From the IMG/VR virus record IMGVR_UViG_3300027692_000003: a stretch of DNA of 34,200 bases. One strand, given 5' to 3'. This DNA is from a virus (lineage: Duplodnaviria; Heunggongvirae; Uroviricota; Caudoviricetes). A program made the position numbers and the translations under genes. The notes beneath the pieces are model-generated. The model was not told the origin of the DNA, did no database searches, and saw only the letters and a list, made by a program, of their open reading frames with translations. Below, in pieces: positions 26,247 through 33,585 of this stretch (its first letter is position 1; the number at the start of each line of letters is the position of its first letter).

Positions 26247-26319
26247 GCCGTCCTAGCCCAATGGCAGAGGCACCGCGTTCAGGGCGCGGGTGTTCAGGGT
26301 TCGAATCCCTGGGACGGTA
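26247..26319 (+). tRNA. trnL: tRNA-Leu(CAG), short variable arm
   Basis: GCCGTCC/GGACGGT; CCGCG-TTCAGGG-CGCGG. Confidence 0.85.
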
Positions 26320-26324
26320 CGCAT

Positions 26325-26405
26325 GGAAGGTGAACCGGCCAGGGGCCGGGCTCCGTTGCTAGCGGATGCGCAGGGAACTGTGGCTTTCGAGTAGTCCGCC
26401 TTCCG
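26325..26405 (+). tRNA. trnS: tRNA-Ser(GCT), 8/4 fold
   Basis: GGAAGGTG/CGCCTTCC; loop TTGCTAG; long V arm; T stem GGCT/AGTC. Confidence 0.75.
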
Positions 26406-26447
26406 CTTGACGCCCGGCGGCGTCATGATCACCCGGATGATCCGCAT

Positions 26448-26532
26448 GGAGAGTTCGCCTAGCGGTCTATGGCGCCTCGCCGGAAACGAGGAGGGGAAAC
26501 CCGCGCAGGTTCGAATCCTGCACTCTCCGCCA
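26448..26532 (+). tRNA. trnS: tRNA-Ser(GGA)
   Basis: GGAGAGT/ACTCTCC-GCCA; CCTCG-CCGGAAA-CGAGG; V arm. Confidence 0.88.
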
Positions 26533-26570
26533 TCTCCCGTTTGTTCACACCGGACGAGAGAGCCGAACCT

Positions 26571-26596
26571 GGAAAGTGAACCGGCAAGGTGGCCGG
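26571..26596 (+). pseudogene. 5' fragment of a Ser-type tRNA truncated at the HNH gene
   Basis: GGAAAGTGAACCGGCAAGGTGGCCGG resembles the tRNA-Ser(GCT) 5' end GGAAGGTGAACCGGCCAGGGGCCGG. Confidence 0.55.
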
Positions 26597-26613
26597 ATGG
26601 CGTAAAATGAGTT

Positions 26614-27465
26614 ATGCGGAGTTTCAGCGATTGTACAGATTCCGAGTTTGCTGAAGCCGTTCCGATATCAGCTTCAATCGCAGAAGTGTCCAGGAAGCTC
26701 GGCCTACGCGGTAGCGGTAGTAACCACGTAAAGATATCGGATAAAATACGGTCCCTCGGGCTAGATACAGCTCATTTTACCAGTCGCGGCAAGAGATACA
26801 CCGACTCTGACAGCGACCTAGTCCTACTAAAGACATGTACCAAATGCCAACAGCGGAAACCGCTGAAGGACTTTCGAAGGTGCGCAGCGGCTAGAGATGG
26901 ACGTCGGCCGTCTTGCAGATCCTGCCTTAATAAGCACAATCAAATAATGGGCAAGCCCAATCTTTGCGCCTGCGGGAATCCCAAAACTAAGGTCGCCTTT
27001 CAGTGCGCCGAGTGCGCGAAGCGAAAACCAGAGTGGCGCATTAATAAGGACGGCTATGTCATCAAAACTGTCGACGGCAGGCAGATCTCTCAGCATCGGG
27101 AGGTCATGGAGCAACACCTTGGCCGTCCGCTGCAGCAACACGAAAACGTGCACCACAAGAACGGTCAGCGACAGGACAACCGGATTGAGAACCTTGAACT
27201 GTGGTCCTCATCTCAGCCTTCCGGGCAGCGAGTAGAGGACAAGCTAGCCTGGGCGAGATGGTTCATGGCACAGTACGGCGACTTGGAGAGCGTGCAGCCG
27301 GCGCTGCGGCCGGCTTCGAACGTCGGTAGCGGGTTAACGCCCGCGGGGCTCGACACCTCCGCTCTCCTCCATGGATGGCGCCTCGCCGGCGCGGGAACGG
27401 GCCTTGAAAGTCCGTGGCGGCTCAGGCCGTGGGGATCGACACCTCCGTCATCCGCGGGCATGTAG
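26614..27465 (+). CDS. HNH homing endonuclease; 3' tail reads through two tRNA genes
   Basis: QHREVMEQHLGRPL..HENVHHKNG.RQDNRIENLELW; visibly lower GC than flanks. Confidence 0.9.
   Translation: MRSFSDCTDSEFAEAVPISASIAEVSRKLGLRGSGSNHVKISDKIRSLGLDTAHFTSRGKRYTDSDSDLVLLKTCTKCQQRKPLKDFRRCAAARDGRRPSCRSCLNKHNQIMGKPNLCACGNPKTKVAFQCAECAKRKPEWRINKDGYVIKTVDGRQISQHREVMEQHLGRPLQQHENVHHKNGQRQDNRIENLELWSSSQPSGQRVEDKLAWARWFMAQYGDLESVQPALRPASNVGSGLTPAGLDTSALLHGWRLAGAGTGLESPWRLRPWGSTPPSSAGM
27285..27371 (+). tRNA. trnS: tRNA-Ser(CGA), 8/4 fold
   Basis: GGAGAGCG/CGCTCTCC-TCCA; loop TTCGAAC; V arm GCGGG/CCCGC. Confidence 0.7.
27373..27454 (+). tRNA. trnS: tRNA-Ser(TGA), 8/4 fold
   Basis: GGATGGCG/CGTCATCC; CGGGC-CTTGAAA-GTCCG; V arm. 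Confidence 0.72.
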
Positions 27466-27532
27466 CTCAGCAGGTCGGAGCAGCTCCCTGATAAGGAGAA
27501 GGACAGAGGTTCAAATCCTCTCTTGCCCACCA
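27456..27532 (+). tRNA. trnI: tRNA-Ile(GAT)
   Basis: Loop CTGATAA; ends ACCA. Confidence 0.9.
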
Positions 27533-27533
27533 T

Positions 27534-27608
27534 GGCGGCGTAGCTCAGCCGGTCAGAGCGCCGGACTCATAATCCGTGAGGCCGAAGGTTCAAATCCTTC
27601 CGTCGCTA
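27534..27608 (+). tRNA. trnM: tRNA-Met(CAT), elongator-type (Ile2 not excluded)
   Basis: GGCGGCG/CGTCGCT; loop CTCATAA. Confidence 0.88.
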
Positions 27609-27667
27609 CCGCAGGAAACGAGGAAAGAGATCACTATGCTGCGAAAACAGGTTCTGCCGATACCCAT

Positions 27668-27740
27668 GGGCCGCTAGCTCAACGGTCAGAGCGGGTGACT
27701 TTTAATCACACGGTTCAGGGTTCAATTCCCTGGCGGCCTA
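27668..27740 (+). tRNA. trnK: tRNA-Lys(TTT)
   Basis: GGGCCGC/GCGGCCT; loop CTTTTAA. Confidence 0.92.
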
Positions 27741-27751
27741 CGATCAGGAAT

Positions 27752-27825
27752 GCCCCGGTAGCTTAACCGGACAGAGCACGCGCCTTCTAAGCGCGGTGGT
27801 GCGCGTTCGAGTCGCGCACGGGGCA
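27752..27825 (+). tRNA. trnR: tRNA-Arg(TCT)
   Basis: CGCGC-CTTCTAA-GCGCG. Confidence 0.9.
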
Positions 27826-27928
27826 CGTGGTGGCCGAGGCACACCGGCTGGGTGGTATGCCAGCTACTGGCCCGGAACGGTTTAGGCAGGCGCGCGCCCC
27901 GCTGGCACTGGGGCGCACACCACACAAT

Positions 27929-28001
27929 GCTCCGTTGGAGTAGCGGATATCTCGCCAGGCTCTCAACCTGGAGATTGCCAGTTCAACCCTGGCACGGAGC
28001 A
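27929..28001 (+). tRNA. trnE: tRNA-Glu(CTC)
   Basis: GCTCCGT/ACGGAGC; CCAGG-CTCTCAA-CCTGG. Confidence 0.88.
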
Positions 28002-28114
28002 CTGCCCGAGTCGCGGGCCTAACGCCCGCGAGCCGAGGCGGCCGGCGCAGCCGACCAACCGCCCTGGCCTGTGCCGCGACGATCGGAAGCGGCACGCGAA
28101 GTCCGGGGCGGCAT

Positions 28115-28186
28115 GGCCCTATCGTCCATGGGTGAGGATCCGGGTTTTTCACACCCGGGAGCAGGGTTCGAGTCCCTGTAGGGCTA
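28115..28186 (+). tRNA. trnE: tRNA-Glu(TTC)
   Basis: GGCCCTA/TAGGGCT; CCGGGT-TTTTCAC-ACCCGG. Confidence 0.85.
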
Positions 28187-28187
28187 C

Positions 28188-28263
28188 TGCGGAGTAGAGG
28201 AGTCCGGTCGTCCTCAGCGGCCCCATAAGCCGAGAATCGCGGGTTCGAATCCCGCCTCCGCGA
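28188..28263 (+). tRNA. trnM: tRNA-Met(CAT), initiator-like
   Basis: TGCGGAG/CTCCGCG with weak 1:72 pair; GAGG/CCTC D stem; loop CCCATAA; lacks the full GGG/CCC anticodon stem. Confidence 0.75.
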
Positions 28264-28316
28264 CGAAGGCCCGCCGCGCGCCAGGACCGGTTTGGACGGC
28301 GAAGCGCGGTACTTAA

Positions 28317-28390
28317 TCTCGCGTGGTCTAACCAGGCAGGACGGCGGACTGTTAATCCGTATGGTGAAGGTTCGAATCCTTCCGCGAGAG
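28317..28390 (+). tRNA. trnN: tRNA-Asn(GTT)
   Basis: TCTCGCG/CGCGAGA; loop CTGTTAA. Confidence 0.9.
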
Positions 28391-28394
28391 CCGT

Positions 28395-28470
28395 GGTCTC
28401 TTAGCTCAATCGGGAGAGCGCCAGGTTGTCAACCTGGGGGCAGCGGGATCGAAACCCGCAGGGACCGCCA
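28395..28470 (+). tRNA. trnD: tRNA-Asp(GTC)
   Basis: CCAGG-TTGTCAA-CCTGG; ends GCCA. Confidence 0.9.
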
Positions 28471-28471
28471 A

Positions 28472-28544
28472 GCGCCCATCGTCTAAAGGACCAGGGCAGC
28501 GGCCTACGGAGCCGCTAATGGGGGTTCGACTCCTCCTGGGCGCG
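28472..28544 (+). tRNA. trnR: tRNA-Arg(ACG)
   Basis: GCGCCCA/TGGGCGC; loop CTACGGA. Confidence 0.9.
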
Positions 28545-28549
28545 CGTGA

Positions 28550-28621
28550 CGATCAGTAGCTCAGCGGCAGAGCAGCAGTCCTACAAACTGCGGTGCGGGA
28601 GTTCGAGTCTCTCCTGATCGA
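28550..28621 (+). tRNA. trnV: tRNA-Val(TAC)
   Basis: CGATCAG/CTGATCG; GCAGT-CCTACAA-ACTGC. Confidence 0.88.
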
Positions 28622-28622
28622 C

Positions 28623-28700
28623 GGTGGCCGAATCCAAAGCGGCCGAGGAGCCGGCCTGTGGAGCCGGTACGAGCGGGTTCGAGTCCCGCCGGTCACCCCA
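28623..28700 (+). tRNA. trnH: tRNA-His(GTG)
   Basis: G-1:C73; loop CTGTGGA; ends CCCA. Confidence 0.9.
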
Positions 28701-28701
28701 T

Positions 28702-28786
28702 GCGTCGGTGGCAGAGCGGTAATGCAGCGGCCTGTAAAGCCGCGGTCCTTGTGGCATCGGTGGTTCGATCCCATCTCGGCGCACCA
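28702..28786 (+). tRNA. trnY: tRNA-Tyr(GTA)
   Basis: Loop CTGTAAA; long V arm; ends ACCA. Confidence 0.9.
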
Positions 28787-28787
28787 G

Positions 28788-28861
28788 GCTTCCGTAGTGC
28801 AACGGAAAGGCACGGCCGCCTCCGGAGCGGCAGGCAGCAGGTTCGACTCCTGCCGGAAGCG
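28788..28861 (+). tRNA. trnR: tRNA-Arg(CCG)
   Basis: GCTTCCG/CGGAAGC; loop CTCCGGA. Confidence 0.9.
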
Positions 28862-28865
28862 CTAT

Positions 28866-28937
28866 GACGCACGTCTCGCTGGTGCGGGAGGCGGTCTGCA
28901 AAACCGTCGCGGCCCGGTTCGACTCCGGGGTGCGTCT
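28866..28937 (+). tRNA. trnC: tRNA-Cys(GCA), atypical D-arm
   Basis: GACGCAC/GTGCGTC-T; loop CTGCAAA; D arm TCTCGC-TGGT-GCGGGA. Confidence 0.8.
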
Positions 28938-28941
28938 TCAT

Positions 28942-29013
28942 CGGCCCGTGGTCCAGAGGACAGGACGGCGGCCTCCTAAGCTGTAAGCGCGGGTTCAAGT
29001 CCCGCCGGGCCGA
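28942..29013 (+). tRNA. trnR: tRNA-Arg(CCT)
   Basis: CGGCCCG/CGGGCCG; loop CTCCTAA. Confidence 0.88.
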
Positions 29014-29069
29014 CTGTGATGCTCACGCCATGGGGCATGGACCAGGTGTTTTAACGTCGCCGTCCCCGG

Positions 29070-29633
29070 ATGCGGCACACTATGCCGGTGGCCAGTCCAG
29101 GACAGCCCGGCATCGTACCGGGCGGGTGGAACGCGCCGCCGGATACCCGGGCTGCCGTGGCCGCCGTGAGGGCCTGGCGGCGGGTCAGTTTCGCGGTGTC
29201 GGCCTGCTACATCGCTGTCATCGTCCTGCTCGCTTCGCCAGTGATACCGGTACCGGCAGGTGGCGGGTTCTGGCTGCTGATCACCGGCCTCGCCGTGCCG
29301 CCCGCTGTCGCCATCACAGGCTGCATGGCCGCCGGGTGGCGGCTGGATGCCCTGATCCGCCGGGATGTAGCCGCCTACGTGAGCTGGTGCAGGCCGCATC
29401 CCTGCTGGGCATGCGGGAGCACCGCCGTGTTCGACAGCGCCTTCGCCGTGGCTGGTGCACCGGTCCGGGCGGGCGCTTCCGGGCTGTGCCTGGTGTGCGG
29501 GCAGGTCACCGTGTACCGTGACGGCGGGGTGGCCTCGGAGCCGTCACCCGGCGAGCTCGCCGTCATCACGGCCTGCTTCCCGGGACCGGTCCTGACCGTG
29601 ATTGAAGCGATCCGGGCACGCCATGGGCAGTAG
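29070..29633 (+). CDS. membrane protein with C-terminal CxxC pairs
   Basis: Two hydrophobic helices; CWACG..CLVCG; start uncertain. Confidence 0.55.
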   Translation: MRHTMPVASPGQPGIVPGGWNAPPDTRAAVAAVRAWRRVSFAVSACYIAVIVLLASPVIPVPAGGGFWLLITGLAVPPAVAITGCMAAGWRLDALIRRDVAAYVSWCRPHPCWACGSTAVFDSAFAVAGAPVRAGASGLCLVCGQVTVYRDGGVASEPSPGELAVITACFPGPVLTVIEAIRARHGQ

Positions 29634-29732
29634 CCGGCCGGCCCGGGGCACGGCCCGTGCCCTTGACGCCATCAGTGCGCTGGCGGGGCGGGGGATCGTG
29701 TCCGAGGACAGCCGGCTGCCCGGTGCGATGCG

Positions 29733-29984
29733 GTGGCAGCCCAGACCACTGCGGTGGCGAAGGTGGTAGAGGTCCGCTATGTCAGCCCGCCCGCTGCCGT
29801 GTTCCCGTGCACTGTCGAGCTGCTCGACACGGCGACCAGGAAAGTGCGGTGGACGACAGCCGTGACCGGCCCTGGTGCCCTGTGGGTGCCGTCGAAGTAC
29901 GACATCAACGACGGGAAGGCGCTGACGTCACGGCTCACCTGGGCGGACGGGACTGTAACGGAAGACGGGCCGCCAGGCTCCTAG
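29733..29984 (+). CDS. hypothetical protein
   Basis: Beta-rich, protein-like composition. Confidence 0.45.
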   Translation: MAAQTTAVAKVVEVRYVSPPAAVFPCTVELLDTATRKVRWTTAVTGPGALWVPSKYDINDGKALTSRLTWADGTVTEDGPPGS

Positions 29985-30131
29985 TTCGAGGTGTGGCAGC
30001 GGGGGCAGAAGTCCCCGTCCGCGTCAGACACCCACCCGGCGGGAAGTACCGGGTTGACACCGCACGGGCAGCCGGGCACAGGCACGGTGCTGTCCATGGC
30101 CGGAATACTAACCGGCCTCGGTGCCAGCGCG

Positions 30132-30416
30132 TTACAGGACGACGACGGTGCGGATGCTGCCGTCCCGCTCGATGACGGCGATCCGGTTACCTGCCGACGT
30201 CTCGGTCTCGATGAACTGCCAGATGGCGATGGCCCGGCGGATGCTCTCGGTGGCAGAAAGGCCCTTGCGGCCGGCGATGTCCCTGATGACCGCGGCGGTC
30301 TGGGTGCTCACGTTGAGGGACAGGCGGACGAAGCCGCCGCCCGGCACGCCGTTCTGTGCCGGTGCCTGCTGCTGAGGCCCGTTTCCGGTGGTTTGCATCC
30401 GGCCAGGATGCCACAA
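30132..30416 (-). CDS. ribbon-helix-helix (CopG-like) DNA-binding protein
   Basis: VRLSLNVS....AVIRDIAGRKGLSATESIRRAI. Confidence 0.7.
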   Translation of the reverse strand: MWHPGRMQTTGNGPQQQAPAQNGVPGGGFVRLSLNVSTQTAAVIRDIAGRKGLSATESIRRAIAIWQFIETETSAGNRIAVIERDGSIRTVVVL

Positions 30417-30696
30417 CGACCGCTCGGGGGCCGGGCGGAATCCAGACCTGCGTGCCCCGATCTAGGCTGCTTCGCGCCGGCGCCTTCTGCGGCCTGCCAC
30501 ACCGGACCCTCTCCACTGGGCGACCGGCCCCCCATGCTCGGAAGGTGACAGCAACGTGACGGCCCGCTGTTGACTCCTGGAGGGATCACGGTTCTACTGG
30601 AGATGTTTCCGCTCCACGGGACCCGGTCGCGGGCCGTCGCAGATGCCTGCATGCTGAGGCGGCGGCCCCTGGCTGAACCGGGGGCCGCTTGCCCGG

Positions 30697-30987
30697 CTAG
30701 CGCCTGGCGCCGGTCTGCGCGGCACGGGCGGCCAGGAGCGCCAGCTCGAGTGTCGGGCCGGCGACGATATCCCATTTCCGTTTCGTGCCCTTGCTGGTGA
30801 CTGCCCGGACGAAGTGGACGAGCCACCTGCCGCCGGTGAACGTGATCTTCACCGGGGCGGGCGCGGTGCCGGCGGGGCTGTCGGAGGGCTGGACCGGGAT
30901 GTGGTTCTGCACGGCGCTGGCCAGGGAGGTTAGCGGGTCCATGATCATGATGCTACGTCCGGTCATCGCAGCAGCCACGTATGGCAC
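30697..30987 (-). CDS. hypothetical protein
   Basis: Protein-like C-terminal half (KITFTGGRWLVHF..KRKWDIV); start uncertain. Confidence 0.45.
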   Translation of the reverse strand: MPYVAAAMTGRSIMIMDPLTSLASAVQNHIPVQPSDSPAGTAPAPVKITFTGGRWLVHFVRAVTSKGTKRKWDIVAGPTLELALLAARAAQTGARR

Positions 30988-31236
30988 TGCGGTAACACGC
31001 TGGTGTCCTTCCCGGCCGCTGGAGGTGCCTCAGCGGCCTTAATCCGGCCCCAGATGACACCAGGATGCCCCTCAGCCGGTTTTATGGCACCGGAGCCGCT
31101 ACACTCCCATGTCCAGGAGCCTGGAGGACTCAGCGTCCGTCACGGGCCCGGCTGGTCGGGGTGAGCCGGCCCGGCCCGTGACCGGGCACCCGTCCGGCAC
31201 CGCGATCACCCCCCGCGCGGAACCACTGGGAGCGTC

Positions 31237-33261
31237 ATGCCCGTCACCGCCCTGCCCGACGGAACCATCAGCACCGCCCGGTACGCAGCCCGCGGACCCG
31301 TCCCCGCCCCCGTCACCGAGGAACTCCGCCTCGGGAACTGGCTGGACAACCTCCTCACCGAGTACGAGCTGGACTACGAGGCCGCGAAAGCCGCCGCGTG
31401 GGAGGAAGACCCGCACGTCGCCCTCCTCCTCGCCGCCGTCACCGCAGCAGAGCAGGCATGGCAGGCTGCCCGTGACGAGTCCGCGGCCTGCAAGCAGAAA
31501 CTCGGCTACGCGAAGAGGACCGGTACCCCGGCCCGGATCGCCGCCGCGAAGGCTGCCGCGGCGCAGGCACAGCAGGCGTACCGGGCCGCGGTGAAGGCCC
31601 GGCAGGAAGCAGCAGCTGCCCTGCGGGACATCAAGGGCCTCCGCTGGCATGTCGCCAAGGCGGCGATCAATGCTGCCGCTGAGGAACGGGACCGGAAGAT
31701 CGCCGCGACCTACGGCCCGTACCGGGACCGGGGCGGCTACTGGGCGAACTGGGCTGAGCACGCGAAACATCACAAGACGGCCGCGAAACGGGTCCGGGAC
31801 ATGCGGAAACAGGGGCAGCCAGCCCAGCTGCGGTACCACCGGTTCGACGGGACCGGTACCGTCGTCGTCCAGATCCAGCGGGAACTCGGTGTCACCCCCG
31901 AGATCCGCGCCCAGGTCACCGCCCTGAAAGCAGCGGGCCGCACCCCGGGGCAGATAAAGGCGGAGACCGGGGTCAGGGCGATGACCGCCGCGAAGATGAA
32001 ACCCGAAGGCGCGGTCAAGGAAGGGGATCCGCCGTGCACCGCCGCTGCCCTCGCCGACGAGACGGGGAAGTGGCGGTCCTCGGTACGGCTCACCCCCGAG
32101 CTGCCGGCCGGGTTCGAGGAGCTGCCCCGCGGGGAGCGGCGCCGGATCGCCAGCCAGGGCATGTTCGCGATCCGCACCGGCTCCGCGGCGAACCTGGCGG
32201 TGAGTGTCGTCCCCGTCACTGTCCACCGGCGGATGCGCGGCGACGGCGACGTCAAGTACGCGAAGCTGACCGTCACCAGGAACGGCCCCGACAAGGACAT
32301 GTCCGTATCGCTGACCCAGCGTGTCCCCGCCCCCCAGCCGCGGGCCGGAGGGCGGCTGGTGTGCGTCCACGCCGGATGGCGGGCACTCCCCGACGGGTCC
32401 CTGCGGGTAGCGGTCATCTCCGGGGCCGGCCCCCTCACCCCGGGCCTCGCCGCACCGGGCGGCCGGGACGCCAGGGCTGGGGAACTCACCGGTGTCGTCC
32501 GTGACCTCGGGGACGGCTGCCATGAGGTTGTCATCCCGGCACGGTGGCGGGACCAGGACGCGGCGACCGCGAAAACCCGGTCCGTCCGGGACCTCGCCAG
32601 GGACACGGCGATCGCGGCGGCGGCAGACTGGCTCGCCGCAAGTCCCCGGTACGAGACGACGGACGGGGAGCCCCTCCCGGCCGCGCATGAGGTCCGGCGG
32701 TGGCAGTCACCGGGACGGCTCGCGGTCCTGGGGCAGCGGGCCGCACGCGGGGACTACGGCGACGACGCCGCCGGCCTCGGCGAGCTCATCGCCGGCTGGG
32801 CTGTACCTGACCTGGAGGCGTGGCGGCGGGAAGCCCGGGGACGCAGGCACCTGACCCGGCGCCGGGATGATGCGTGGGCGAACGTCGCCGCGTGGCTGTG
32901 CACCGGCACGAGGGAGGTCCGTGTCGATGAGTGGGATATCCGGGCCGTGACCCGCCGCCCGGGGCCGGGGGAGACTGATGACCCGCAGGCTGCGGCGGCC
33001 CGCGCGAACCGTACCCTCGCCGCCCCCGGGGCTCTGCGCCAGCGGCTCACCATCACCGCTGTCCTCGCCGGGGTGACTGTTACTGTCCTCGACCCCCCTG
33101 ATGCCGGTTCGGTCCTGCAGGTCCATGCGGGGTGCGGCGGGGTACTCGACCGCGACGCACGCAGGGAATCCATTGTCGTGCAGTGCCCTGGGTGCGGCGC
33201 GAGAGTTGACCAGGACGTGAACATGGTGCGGCTGATGGCTGCGCGCCAGCCGTCCGCCTGA
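31237..33261 (+). CDS. cas12m: Cas12m (type V-M / V-U1) nuclease-inactive effector
   Basis: YWANW..HHKTA.KR, LRYHRFDGTGT..VQIQR, LADE.GK, VHAGWR (His at RuvC-I), WQSP.R, RRDD, AAPGALR, C..C..DQD, as recalled from Mycolicibacterium Cas12m; adjacent 36-bp array. Confidence 0.88.
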   Translation: MPVTALPDGTISTARYAARGPVPAPVTEELRLGNWLDNLLTEYELDYEAAKAAAWEEDPHVALLLAAVTAAEQAWQAARDESAACKQKLGYAKRTGTPARIAAAKAAAAQAQQAYRAAVKARQEAAAALRDIKGLRWHVAKAAINAAAEERDRKIAATYGPYRDRGGYWANWAEHAKHHKTAAKRVRDMRKQGQPAQLRYHRFDGTGTVVVQIQRELGVTPEIRAQVTALKAAGRTPGQIKAETGVRAMTAAKMKPEGAVKEGDPPCTAAALADETGKWRSSVRLTPELPAGFEELPRGERRRIASQGMFAIRTGSAANLAVSVVPVTVHRRMRGDGDVKYAKLTVTRNGPDKDMSVSLTQRVPAPQPRAGGRLVCVHAGWRALPDGSLRVAVISGAGPLTPGLAAPGGRDARAGELTGVVRDLGDGCHEVVIPARWRDQDAATAKTRSVRDLARDTAIAAAADWLAASPRYETTDGEPLPAAHEVRRWQSPGRLAVLGQRAARGDYGDDAAGLGELIAGWAVPDLEAWRREARGRRHLTRRRDDAWANVAAWLCTGTREVRVDEWDIRAVTRRPGPGETDDPQAAAARANRTLAAPGALRQRLTITAVLAGVTVTVLDPPDAGSVLQVHAGCGGVLDRDARRESIVVQCPGCGARVDQDVNMVRLMAARQPSA

Positions 33262-33585
33262 GATAGAGTCCAGTCCCGGACTCGGTTGTTCCTTGACATC
33301 TGCATATTTCTGTGCGTGGCCCTCCGCCGGTAGAGGGTGCGGCAGTCCCCGCTGGTGCAGGCCCGTTCCCTTTCCTGGGGAGGGCTGGGCATCAGGAAGG
33401 CGCGGGACTGCCCGGACGTGCGAGCGACACGGCGGGGACTCTGTCCCTGGGTGTCGCTCGCATGCAGGCCAGAGGCCTGAAATGGCCGAATACGAGACGA
33501 ACGTGTGTACGGAATCGGCAACCGCTGTGGTGTCGCTCGTAGAGGCCTGCGTTTCTGCTGGCAGGCGCCCCAGGAAAAGCGAGCC

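Noticed and set aside
26571-27371. Intron-split tRNA-Ser containing the HNH gene
   Set aside because: No matching 3' half (ACTTTCC) downstream; the next tRNA is complete by itself; no group I core recognised
27821-27830. GGGCACGTGG matching the array 1 repeat core at the end of tRNA-Arg(TCT)
   Set aside because: Isolated 10-mer in high-GC DNA, with no flanking similarity
25023-28998. Numerous short ORFs over the tRNA cluster
   Set aside because: Overlap tRNA genes; only the two endonuclease ORFs have protein motifs
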